From positions 709,359 to 773,358 of the forward strand of contig NC_090970.1 in the NCBI RefSeq assembly GCF_040807025.1: a stretch of DNA of 64,000 nucleotides. Reading direction: 5' to 3'. Below the pieces are notes generated by a model that saw nothing but the letters and a program-made list of their open reading frames with translations, did no database searches and was not told the DNA's origin. Positions 44,509 through 55,439 of the stretch are shown here, in pieces; positions within the stretch are counted from its first letter, which is position 1, and every line of letters begins with the position of its first letter. The translations under genes and the position numbers were made by a program. Origin of the DNA: Struthio camelus. Taxonomy: Eukaryota.

Positions 44509-44668
44509 GGCCGGGGGGCGGTGACGCGGGCGGGGGGCCGGGGGGCGGTGACGGCGGCGGGGGGCGGCAGGCCAGGCCGGCGGGGGCCTGGGCGCGGGGC
44601 CGGGCCGGGCGCCCGTTCACCACCAGCCCCAGCGGCGTGCCCACCCGGATGGCGGCGAAGGAGAAGGT
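44504..44668 (-). CDS. TTC5: TTC5 exon 10 (OB-fold C-terminus): TFSFAAIRVGTPLGLVVNGRPARPRAQAPAGLACRPPPPSPPPGPPPASPPPGQ*
   Basis: Matches human TTC5 [22 protein letters not shown]. Acceptor ccccccccgcag. The TAA stop at 44506-44504 matches the ORF track and is embedded in the polyA signal. Confidence 0.85.
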   Translation of the reverse strand, partial: TFSFAAIRVGTPLGLVVNGRPARPRAQAPAGLACRPPPPSPPPGPPPASPPPGQ

Positions 44669-44759
44669 CTGCGGGGGGGGGGGGGGGACACAACGGGTGA
44701 CAACGGGTGACGCCGGGTGACGCCGCCGCGTCCCCCTCCCCCCCCCCCACCCCGGAGCA

Positions 44760-46150
44760 GCGCTAGGTGCCGACCAGGGCTTCCCAGCTGCTCCCAGTAA
44801 GACCCCCCCCCCCCCGGGAGCCCCAGTGTCTCCCGCTACCCCTCCCAGGGTCCCCAGTGCCCCTCCCAGTGCCTCCCAGTGCCCCCATCCCACTCCCAGT
44901 GCCCCCATCCCCCTCCCACTGCCCCCAATCCCCCTCCCACTGCCTCCCAGTGCCCCCAATCCCCCTCCCAGTGCCCCCAATCCCCCTCCCAGCCCCCCCA
45001 ACCCCCTCCCCGTCCCTCCCAGTGCCCCCAATCCCCCTGCCAGTCCCTCCCAGTGCCCCCAATCCCCCTCCCACTGCCTCCCAGTGCCCCCAATCCTCCT
45101 CCCAGTGCCCCCAATCCCCCTCCCAGGCCCTCCCAGTCCCTCCCAGTGCCCCCAATCCCCCTCCCAGTCCCTCCCAGTGCCCCCAATCCCCCTCCCAGGC
45201 CCTCCCAGTGCCCCCAATCCCCCTCCCACTGCCTCCCAGTGCCCCCAATCCCCCTCCCAGTGCCCCCAATCCCCCTCCCAGACCCTCCCAGCACTTCCCA
45301 GTGCCCCTCCCAGGCCCTCCCAGTGCCCCAATCCCCCTCCCAGGCCCTCCCAGTGCCCCCAATCCCCCTCCCAGCACCCCCAATCCCCCTCTCAGGCCCT
45401 CCCAGCACCCCCAATCCCCCTCCCAGGCCCTCCCAGTGCCCCCAATCCTCCTCCCAGTGTCCCCAATCCCCCTCCCAGTACCCCCAATCCCCCTCCCAGT
45501 CCCTCCCAGTGCCCCCAATCCTCCTCCCAGTGTCCCCAATCCCCCTCCCAGTGGCCCCAATCCCCCTCCCAGGCCCTCCTAGCACTTCCCAGTGCCCCTC
45601 CCAGGCCCTCCCAGTACCCCAATCCCCCTCCCAGGCCCTCCCAGTGCCCCCAATCCCCCTCCCAGCACCCCCAATCCCCCTGCCAGGCCCTCCCAGTGCC
45701 CCCAATCCTCCTCCCAGTGCCCCCAATCCCCCTCCCAGGCCCTCCCAGCACTTCCCAGTGCCCCTCCCAGGCCCTCCCAGTACCCAATCCCCCTCCCAGG
45801 CCCTCCCAGTGCCCCCAATCCCCCTCCCAGTCCCTCCCAGTGCCCCCAATCCTCCTCCCAGTCCCTCCCAGTGCCCCCAATCCCCCTCCCAGGCCCTCCC
45901 AGTGCCCCCAATCCCCCTCCCAGGCCCTCCCAGTGCCCCCAATCCCCCTCCCAGTGCCCCCAATCCCCCTCCCAGGCCCTCCCAGCACTTCCCAGTGCCC
46001 CTCCCAGGCCCTCCCAGTACCCCCAATCCCCCTCCCAGTCCCTCCCAGTTCGTCCCAGCACCCCCAATCCCCCTCCCAGTCCCTCCCAGTTCGTCCCAGC
46101 ACCCCCAAACCCCCTCCCAGTCCCTCCCAGTTCGTCCCAGCGCCCCCAAC
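44760..46150. repeat. About 22-bp tandem repeat CCCTCCCAGTGCCCCCAATCC (TTC5 intron 9)
   Basis: About 60 units, giving PSAPNPP-type artefact ORFs on both strands. Confidence 0.85.
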
Positions 46151-46188
46151 CCCCCTCCCAGTCCCTCCCAGCGCCTCCCAGCGCTCAC

Positions 46189-46333
46189 GTGGCCCTGGTG
46201 CTGGACGTGGTGGTGGCAGAGGTGGGGCTCGGGCACGGCCACGGCGTCGCCCACCAGGACGCCCCAGCCGGGCTCGGCGTTGTACACGCTGACGGCCACC
46301 GCCGCCCCGGCCCCGTCGGCCAGCCCCAGCGTG
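46189..46333 (-). CDS. TTC5: TTC5 exon 9: (F)TLGLADGAGAAVAVSVYNAEPGWGVLVGDAVAVPEPHLCHHHVQHQGH
   Basis: Matches TTC5 [49 protein letters not shown]. Donor CAC|GTGAGC. 145 nt. Confidence 0.85.
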
Positions 46334-46843
46334 CTGCCGGCGGCCGCACACGCGTGTCGGTCTCCCCGCACACGCGTGTCGGCCCGGGTCGCCCCCCCCC
46401 CCCCCCCAGCCCCGTTCACGCGATACGGGGCCGGAAACGCCGCGACGGCGCCAGGACGGGACACGGTGACGTGTGTGGGGACGTGACCGCGCGCCGGGGC
46501 CCCCCCCCGCGCCGCACACGCCTCCCCGCACACGCGTGTTGGCCCGTGTCGCCCCCCCAAACAGCCCCACTGATGTAATACGGGGCTGAAAACACCGTGA
46601 CGGAGCCAGGACAGGACAAGGGGACACACGTGGGGACCTGACCACGCGCCGGGGATCCCCCGTGCCACACCCAACTGCCGGCACACGCGTGTTGGCCCGT
46701 GTCGCCTACCCAAACAGCCCCGTTCACGCGATACGGGGCCGGAAACACCGCGACGGAGCCGGGTCGGGACACGGTGACGCCGGTGGGGACGTGACCGCGC
46801 GCCGGGTGCCCCCCGCGGTCGCCGCACACGCGTGTGTACTCAC

Positions 46844-47031
46844 AAGGGCACGCGCTCGTGGGGCGTGAGGCTGAAGAGGACGCGGCCCAGCAGGGCCCGG
46901 CCGGGGTTGGGGCCGGGGCGGAGGCCGGCCAGCGGGGTGGGTGCCGGCCCCCCCGGGCGGCCCAGGGGGCCCAGGAGGGCGGGGGGCAGCGCCGCCAGCA
47001 GCCCCCGCAGCCGTCGCGCCCCCACTTTGCC
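46844..47031 (-). CDS. TTC5: TTC5 exon 8: GKVGARRLRGLLAALPPALLGPLGRPGGPAPTPLAGLRPGPNPGRALLGRVLFSLTPHERVP(F)
   Basis: Matches TTC5 GKVKTKKLQSMLGSLRP...GAVILGKVVFSLTTEEKVPF. Acceptor ttctttccccgacgcag, donor TT|GTGAGT. 188 nt = 62 codons + 2. Confidence 0.85.
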
Positions 47032-47049
47032 CTGCGTCGGGGAAAGAAG

Positions 47050-47735
47050 CCGGGGGGGGGGGGACACACACACACGGGGACGGGTCCTCAGCCGCGTGTC
47101 CCCACCCCGTGTCACATGTCCCCCCCCCCGCAACGCCCTGGGTGCCCCCCACGTCCCCACCCCCATGTCCCTGTGTCCCCCCCTGCCCCCCCGTCTCCCT
47201 TGCGCCTCTTCTTGCGTCCCCCCCGCGTCCCGTGTTCCTGTCCCCATCGTGTCCCCCTGTCCTGTAGCCTCGTGTCCCACGTCCCCCTCGCGTCCCGTCC
47301 CCGCCGATGTGCCGCGGCGCCCCAATGTCCTGTGTCCCCCTGCTGTCCCGCGTCCCCCCCCCACCAGTGTCCTGTGGCCCCCCCCCGCAGTGTCCCGTGT
47401 CCCCTCTGGCATCCCGTGTCCCCCCCGGTGTCCCATGTCCCCCCATCTGCCATGTACTGCCCTAGTGTCCCCCCCCCCCCGCGGGTGTCCTGTGTCACCC
47501 CAGCATCTGACATCCCCCCCCAGCGCCCCACGTCCCCCCTGGTGTCCCACGACCCCCCATAAGCCACGTACTCCCCCAGCGTCCCCTGTCCCATATCCTG
47601 TGCCCCCCCGGCGCCCCATGTCTCCCCCAGCGTCCCGTGTCCCCCCGTATCCCATGAACCCCCCATATCCCGTGTCCCACCCGTGTCCCCCCCGTGTCCC
47701 GTGTCCCCCCCCCGGTGTCCCCCGTCCCCCCCGGC
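47050..47735. repeat. GTGTCCCC-type degenerate C-rich short repeats (TTC5 intron 7)
   Basis: The CGTGTCCCCC / ATGTCCCCCC motif recurs irregularly. Confidence 0.6.
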
Positions 47736-47740
47736 GGTAC

Positions 47741-47887
47741 CCGGTTGGCCAGCAGGGCGCACAGGCGGCTCAGGTAGTCGAGGAGGCGGCCGTGCCGCAG
47801 CCGCGGTTCGGCCCAGCCGGGCTCCAGGGCGGCCGCCCGGGCGAAGCCCTCCAGCGCCGGCCCGTAGCGCTCCTCGTACTGCAGCAG
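47741..47887 (-). CDS. TTC5: TTC5 exon 7 (TPR): LLQYEERYGPALEGFARAAALEPGWAEPRLRHGRLLDYLSRLCALLANR
   Basis: Matches TTC5 [49 protein letters not shown]. Acceptor ctgtctgctgcag, donor CGG|GTACCG. 147 nt. Confidence 0.85.
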
Positions 47888-47889
47888 CT

Positions 47890-48640
47890 GCAGCAGACAG
47901 GGCTTAGGGGGCGGGGCCAGGCCGGGGACACGCCCCCGGCCCCGCCCACACGGCCCCGGACCCGCCCACACGCCCCAAGCCCCGCCCACACTGCAGCCCC
48001 CCCCTCCAGCGCCGGCCCGTAGCGCTCCTCGTACTGCAGCAGCTGCAGCAGACGCGGCTCGGGGGGCGGGGCCAGGCCGGGGACACGCCCCCGGCCCCGC
48101 CCACACGGCCCCGGACCCGCCCACACGCCCCCGGCCCCGCCCACACGCCCCAAGCCCCGCCCACACTGCAGCCCCCCCCTCCAGCGCTGGCCCGTAGCGC
48201 TCCTCGTACTGCAGCAGCAGCTGCAGCAGATGCGGCTCGGGGGGCGGGGCCAGGCCGGGGACACGCCCACGGCCCCACCCACACGCCCCCGGCCCCGCCC
48301 ACACGCCCCAGGCCCCGCCCACGCTGCAGCCCCCCCCATCCCCGCCCATAGCGCTGCTCCTACTGCAGCAGCTGCACTACAGAGCACGTTGGGGGCGGGG
48401 CCAGGGCAAGACACGCCCCCTGTCCCAAAGCCCCGCCCCTCCACCCCCTGGCCCCGCCCACAAGGCTCTGGCCCGCCCACATGGCAAACCCCGCCCCCCC
48501 CCAAAGCTCTTCCCAAACGGCAGCAGCTGCACTGGCCCACGTGCCTGGGGGCGGGGCCAGGCAAGGACACGCCCCCGCCCTGCCCCCGAGCACTTGGCCC
48601 CGCCCCTAGCCCCGCCCAGAGTGCACCCAGGGCCTGCAAA
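47890..48640. repeat. About 180-bp segmental triplication including decayed copies of the 5' part of TTC5 exon 7 (TTC5 intron 6)
   Basis: ...CTCCAGCGCCGGCCCGTAGCGCTCCTCGTACTGCAGCAGCTGCAGCAGAC... occurs at 47840-47900, 48005-48065 and 48185-48245. Confidence 0.8.
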
Positions 48641-48789
48641 GCCGCTGGCTCCGCCCCCCCGGGTGCCCTGGCCCCGCCCCCAGCACAGCCCCAGGTCCGG
48701 GCCCCGCCCCCAACGCTCGGCCCCGCCCCCTCCGGGCTGGCCAAGGGGAGGAAGGAGCTGGCAATGGGGCACCCCGGGGTGCCCCCAGC

Positions 48790-51290
48790 CCCACGGTGTC
48801 ACCCAGCCCCACGGCGTCACCCTGTCCCACGGCGTCACCCCCAGCCCCACGGCGTCACCCCCAGCCTCACAGTGTCACCCAGCCCCACAGCGCCACCCAG
48901 CCCCACAGCGTCACCCCCAGCCTCACAGTGTCACCCAGCCCCACGGTGTCACCCTCAACCCCACGGCGTCACCCAGCCCCACGGCGTCACCCCCAGCCTC
49001 ACAGTGTCACCCAGCCCCACGGTGTCACCCTCAACCCCACGGTGTCCCCCCCAGCCCCACGGCGTCACCCCCAGCCCCCCGGTGTCCCCCCCCGGCCCCC
49101 CGGCGCCCGCTGACCGTGGCGCGGTTGAGGTGCAGGTCGGGGTTCTTGGCCGCTTCGGGGTCCACCTTCTCCTGGGGGGCAGCGCGGGGCAGCGGCGTCA
49201 CCCCCGGCCCCCGGCCCCACGGCACCCAGCCCCACGGCACCCACAACATCCAGCCCCACAACACCCACAACACCCAACACCCACAACACCCAGCCCCACA
49301 GCACCCACAACACCCAACCCAACAACACCCAACACCCACAACACCCAACCCCCACAGCACCCAACCCCACAACACCCAACACCCACAACACCCAACACCC
49401 ACAACACCCAGCCCCACAGCACCCACAACACCCAACACCCACAACACCCAACCCCCCAGCACCCACAACCCCCAACCCCACAACACCCAGCCCCCACAAC
49501 ACCCAGCCCCACAACACCCAACACCCACAACACCCACAACACCCAACCCCCCAACACCCACAACCCCCAGCCCCACAACACCCAGCCCCACAACACCCAC
49601 AACACCCAACACCCACAACACCCAGCCGCACAACAACCAGCCCCACAACACCCACAACACCCAACACCCACAACACCCAACCCCCCAGCACCCACAACCC
49701 CCAGCCCCACAACACCCAGCCCCACAACACCCACAACACCCAACACCCACAACACCCAGCCGCACAACAACCAGCCCCACAACACCCACAACACCCAACA
49801 CCCACAACACCCAACCCCCCAACACCCACAACCCCCAGCCCCACAACACCCAGCCCCACAACACCCACAACACCCAACACCCACAACACCCAGCCGCACA
49901 ACAACCAGCCCCACAACACCCACAACACCCAACACCCACAACACCCAGCCCCACAACAACCAGCCCCACAGCACCCACAACACCCAACCCCACAGCACCC
50001 ACAACACCCAACCCCACAACACCCAGCCCCACAACACCCAACACCCACAACACCCACAACACCCAACACCCACAACACCCAGCCCCACAACACCCAACAC
50101 CCACAACACCCACAACACCCAGCCCCCACAACACCCAGCCCCACAACACCCAACACCCACAACACCCACAACACCCAACCCCCCAACACCCACAACCCCC
50201 AGCCCCACAACACCCAGCCCCACAACACCCACAACACCCAACACCCACAACACCCAGCCCCACAACAACCAGCCCCACAGCACCCACAACACCCAACCCC
50301 ACAGCACCCACAACACCCAACCCCACAACACCCAGCCCCACAACACCCAACACCCACAACACCCACAACACCCAACACCCACAACACCCAGCCCCACAAC
50401 ACCCAGCCCCACAACACCCAGCCCCACAGCACCCACAACACCCAACCCCACAGCACCCACAACCCCCAACCCCACAACACCCAGCCCCACAACACCCAAC
50501 ACCCACAACACCCAGCCCCACAACACCCAACCCCCACAGCACCCAACCCCACAGCACCCACAACACCCAACCCCACAACACCCAACCCCACAACACCCAA
50601 CACCCACAACACCCAACCCCACAACACCCAACACCCACAACACCCAACACCCACAACACCCAACCCCACAACACCCAGCCCCACAACACCCAACACCCAC
50701 AACACCCAGCCCCACAACACCCAACCCCACAGCACCCACAACACCCAACCCCACAACACCCAACCCCACAACACCCAACCCCACAACACCCAACACCCAC
50801 AACACCCAACCCCACAACACCCAACACCCACAACACCCAACACCCACAACACCCAACCCCACAACACCCAGCCCCACAACACCCAACACCCACAACACCC
50901 AGCCCCACAACACCCAGCCCCACAGCACCCACAACACCCAACCCCATAGCACCCACAACCCCCAACCCCACAACACCCAGCCCCACAACACCCAACACCC
51001 ACAACACCCAGCCCCACAGCACCCACAACCTCCAACCCCATAGCACCCACAACCCCCAACCCCACAACACCCAGCCCCACAACACCCAACACCCAACCCC
51101 ACAGCACCCACAACCCCCAACCCCACAGCACCCACAGCACCCACAACACCCAACACCCACAACACCCAGCCCCACAGCACCCACAACACCTAACCCCACA
51201 ACACCCAACACCCCCAACCTCCAACCCCCCAGCACCCCCAACCGCCAGCCCCCCCCGCACCCGTAGCCCCCCCCAGCACCCACAACCCCC
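48790..51290. repeat. CACAACACCCARC satellite (about 12-bp subunits), 2.5 kb (TTC5 intron 5)
   Basis: About 200 subunits. The antisense translates to GCCG/VGCC-rich artefact ORFs. Confidence 0.9.
49115..49171 (-). CDS. TTC5: TTC5 exon 6: EKVDPEAAKNPDLHLNRAT
   Basis: Matches TTC5 EKVDRKASSNPDLHLNRAT. Acceptor gccccccag. The donor ACG|GTCAGC is weak. 57 nt. Confidence 0.8.
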
Positions 51291-51320
51291 GGCGGCTGGG
51301 GGGGGGGGGGCCGCGCTCAC

Positions 51321-51412
51321 CGCCTGGCCGTAGGCGCCCAGGGCCCGGCGCGCCGCCTCGGGGCTCTGGCCGCAGGCGAAGAACAGCGACACGTAGGCGT
51401 TGCCCAGCACGT
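51321..51412 (-). CDS. TTC5: TTC5 exon 5: (Y)VLGNAYVSLFFACGQSPEAARRALGAYGQA
   Basis: Matches TTC5 [31 protein letters not shown] with 30/30 spacing. Donor GCG|GTGAGC. 92 nt. Confidence 0.85.
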
Positions 51413-51429
51413 CTGCCGGCACACGCGAC

Positions 51430-54400
51430 CCCCCGTCGGCCCCCGGCCACGCACACGCCAAGGGGGGGGGCTGGCGGGTGCGCGAACACGCCAAGGGGGG
51501 GCTGGTGGGTGTGTGAACACGCCAAGGGGGGCTCGCGGGTGTGCGAACACGCCAACGGGGGGCTCATGGGTGTGCGAACACGCCAAGGGGAGCTCGCGGG
51601 TGTGCGAACACGCCAAGGGGGGTTCGCGGGTGTGCGAACACGCCAAGGGGGGTTCGCGGGTGTGCGAACACGCCAAGGGGGGCTCACGGGTGTGCGAACA
51701 CGCCAAGGGGGGCTGGCGGGTGTGTGAACACGCCAACGGGGGGCTGGCGGGTGTGCGAACACGCCAAGGGGGGCTGGCGGGTGTGCGAACACGCCAACGG
51801 GGGGCTGGCGGGTGTGCGAACACGCCAAGGGGGGCTGGCGGGTGCGCGAACACGCCAAGGGGGGCTGGCGGGTGTGTGAACACGCCAACGGGGGGCTGGC
51901 GGGTGTGCGAACACGCTAAGGGGGGCTCGCGGGTGTGCGAACACGCCAAGGGGGGCTCACGGGTGTGCGAACACGCCAAGGGGGGCTGGCGGGTGTGTGA
52001 ACACGCCAACGGGGGGCTGGCGGGTGTGCGAACACGCCAAGGGGGGCTGGCGCGTGTGCGAACACGCCAAGGGGGGGCTGGTGGGTGTGTGAACACGCCA
52101 AGGGGGGCTGGCGTGTGTGTGAACACGCCAACGGGGGCTGGCGTGTGCGCAAACACGCCAACGGGGGGCTGGCGGCTGTGCGAACACGCAAAGGGGGGTT
52201 CGCGGGTGTGCGAACACGCCAAGGGGGGGCTCACGGGTGTGTGAACACGCCAAGGGGGGGCTCACGGGTGTGCAAACACGCCAAGGGGGGCTGGCGGGTG
52301 TGCGAACACGCCAAGGGGAGCCCGCGTGTGTGCGAACACGCCAACGGGGGCTGGCGGGTGTGTGAACACGCCAACGGGGGCTCGCGTGTGTGTGAACACG
52401 CCAACGGGGGGCTCGCGTGTGTGCGAACACGCCAAGGGGGGCTCGCGGGTGTGTGAACACGCCAACGGGGGGCTCACGGGTGTGCGAACACGCCAACGGG
52501 GGTTGGCGGGTGTGCGAACATGCCAACGGGGGGCTGGCGGGTGTGCGAACACGCCAAGGGGGGCTGGTGGGTGCGCGAACACGCCAAGGGGGGGCTCACG
52601 GGTGTGCGAACACGCCAAGGGGGGCTCGCGGGTGTGCGAACACGCCAAGGGGGGCTGGCGGGTGTGCGAACACGCCAAGGGGGGGCTCACGGGTGTGCGA
52701 ACACGCCAAGGGGGGCTGGCGGGTGTGCGAACACGCCAAGGGGGGGCTCACGGGTGTGCGAACACGCCAAGGGGGGCTCGCGGGTGCGCGAACACGCCAA
52801 GGGGGGCTGGTGGGTGTGCGAACACGCCAAGGGGGGCTGGTGGGTGCGCGAACACGCCAAGGGGGGGCTGGCGGGTGTGCGAACACGCCAACGGGGGGGG
52901 CTGGCGGGTGCGCGAACACGCCAAGGGGGGCTGGCGGGTGCGCGAACACGCCAAGGGGGGCTCGCAGGTGTGCGAACACGCCAAGGGGGGCTGGCGGGTG
53001 TGCGAACACGCCAAGGGGGGGCTCACGGGTGTACGAACACGCCAAGGGGGGGCTGGCGGGTGTGCGAACACGCTAAGGGGGCCTCACGTGTGCGCAAACA
53101 CGCCAACGGGGGGCTCGCGTGCGTGCGAACACGCCAAGGGGGACTCGCGGGTGTGCGAACACGCCAAGGGGGGGCTGGCGGGTGTGTGAACACGCCAACG
53201 GGGGGCTGGCGGGTGTGTGAACACGCCAAGGGGGGCTCGCGGGTGTGCGAACACGCCAAGGGGGGGCTCACGGGTGTGTGAACACGCCAACGGGGGGTTC
53301 ACGGGTGTGCAAACACGCCAAGGGGGGCTGGCGGGTGTGCGAACACGCCAAGGGGAGCCCGCGTGTGTGCGAACACGCCAACGGGGGGCTGGCGGGTGTG
53401 TGAACACGCCAACGGGGGCTCGCGTGTGTGTGAACACGCCAACGGGGGGCTCGCGTGTGCGCAAACACGCCAAGGGGGGCTCGCGGGTGTGTGAACACGC
53501 CAACGGGGGGCTCACGGGTGTGCGAACACGCCAACGGGGGTTGGCGGGTGTGCGAACATGCCAACGGGGGGCTGGCGGGTGTGCGAACACGCCAAGGGGG
53601 GCTGGTGGGTGCGCGAACACGCCAAGGGGGGGCTCACGGGTGTGCGAACACGCCAAGGGGGGCTCGCGGGTGTGCGAACACGCCAAGGGGGGCTGGCGGG
53701 TGTGCGAACACGCCAAGGGGGGGCTCACGGGTGTGCGAACACGCCAAGGGGGGCTGGCGGGTGTGCGAACACGCCAAGGGGGGGCTCACGGGTGTGCGAA
53801 CACGCCAAGGGGGGCTCGCGGGTGCGCGAACACGCCAAGGGGGGCTGGTGGGTGTGCGAACACGCCAAGGGGGGCTGGTGGGTGCGCGAACACGCCAAGG
53901 GGGGGCTCACGGGTGTGCGAACACGCCAACGGGGGGGGCTGGCGGGTGCGCGAACACGCCAAGGGGGGCTGGCGGGTGCGCGAACACGCCAAGGGGGGCT
54001 CGCAGGTGTGCGAACACGCCAAGGGGGGGCTCACGGGTGTACGAACACGCCAAGGGGGGGCTGGCGGGTGTGCGAACACGCTAAGGGGGGCTCACGTGTG
54101 CGCAAACACGCCAACGGGGGGCTCGCGTGTGTGCGAACACGCCAAGGGGGACTCGCGGGTGTGCGAACACGCCAAGGGGGGGCTGGCGGGTGTGTGAACA
54201 CGCCAACGGGGGGCTGGCGGGTGTGTGAACACGCCAAGGGGGGCTCGCGGGTGTGCGAACACGCCAAGGGGGGGCTCACGGGTGTACGAACACGCCAAGG
54301 GGGGGCTGGCGGGTGTGCGAACACGCCAAGGGGGGCTCACGGGTGTGCGAACACGCCAAGGGGGGGCTGGCGGGTGTGCGAACACGCTAAGGGGGGCTCA

Positions 54401-54790
54401 CGGGTGTGCAAACACGCCAACGGGGGGCTCGCGTGTGTGCGAACACGCCAAGGGGGACTCGCGGGTGTGCGAACACGCCAAGGGGGGGCTGGTGGGTGTG
54501 CGAACACGCCAACGGGGGGCTGGCGGGTGTGCGAACACGCCAACGGGGGGCTGGCGGGTGTGCGAACACGCCAAGGGGGGCTGGCGGGTGTGTGAACACG
54601 CCAATGGGGGGCTGGCGGGTGTGCGAACACGCCAAGGGGGGGCTGGTGTGTGTGCGAACACGCCAACGGGGGGCTGGCGGGTGTGCGAACACGCCAAGGG
54701 GGGCTGGCGGGTGTGTGAACACGCCAACGGGGGCTCACGGGTGCGCGAACACGCCAAGGGGGGCTCGCGTGTGCGCGCACACGCTAAGGG
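51430..54790. repeat. 30-bp satellite CGAACACGCCAAGGGGGGCTSGCGGGTGTG, about 110 copies, 3.3 kb (TTC5 intron 4)
   Basis: A very regular period is directly visible. Confidence 0.95.
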
Positions 54791-55222
54791 GTGCTCGCAC
54801 GTGCGCGTACGCGCGCCATGGCTGCACACGCCAACGGCCACTCCCCACGCGTGCACACGCCAGTGCCGCGCTGAACACGCGTGTGCGCGTCCCCGGATGC
54901 GGCTCCGGACGCACACGCGTGGCAAGGCAGTGCTTAACGCGCGCGCGCGTCCCGAGGCACCGCTAAGCGCACGCTAAGGCTTCCTTACATACGTGCAGCC
55001 GCCAACACGCCGAGCAGCACGTGCACGCGGTAACGACACGCTTAGCACACGCCAAGGGTCCCCTTCGCCCGTGCACGCAGCCAGCGCTCCCTCAACACGC
55101 GTGTGCGCACGCCAAAGCACCGCCAGACGCACGCGTGCCCCAACCGGGACCCCCCCCCCCCGCCGGGTGCACACGCGTGTCCGTCCCCCCCCAACACGCG
55201 TGTCCGGGCCGGGCGGACTCAC

Positions 55223-55358
55223 ACCAGGAGCGGCCGTCGGCGGGGTCGAGGCGCACGGCGGCCTTGGCGTGTTCGACGCTCTCGCGCACGGCCCCGGGGC
55301 CCCGGCCCGCCTGGCGCAGCGCCATCGACAGGCACCGCAGCGCCTCCTTGTCCGGGCC
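55223..55358 (-). CDS. TTC5: TTC5 exon 4: GPDKEALRCLSMALRQAGRGPGAVRESVEHAKAAVRLDPADGRSW
   Basis: Matches TTC5 [50 protein letters not shown]. Donor T|GTGAGT. The GTG-start of ORF-track entry 55092..55376 confirms the coordinates. 136 nt. Confidence 0.85.
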
Positions 55359-55439
55359 CTGCCCCACGCCAAGCACACGCTAAGCACACGCCAAGCACAC
55401 GCTTAGCGCACGCTTAGCGCACGCTTAGCGCACACGCCT

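Noticed and set aside
44504-47887. Initial guess that the minus-strand gene after the NUT-like gene was LPCAT4, as in human 15q14 order
   Set aside because: The exon translations match TTC5 throughout (TPR exon ...YEERYGPALEGF..., the OB-fold VYNAEPGWGVLVGD...VGTPLGLVVNG). They contain no acyltransferase motifs.
49031-51494. Cys/Gly/Val-rich minus-strand ORFs (GCCGVGCC... about 750-800 aa) resembling keratin-associated or metallothionein-like proteins
   Set aside because: They are antisense frames of the CACAACACCCAAC satellite in TTC5 intron 5 and are open in multiple frames. The real TTC5 exons at 49115-49171 and 51321-51412 flank them.
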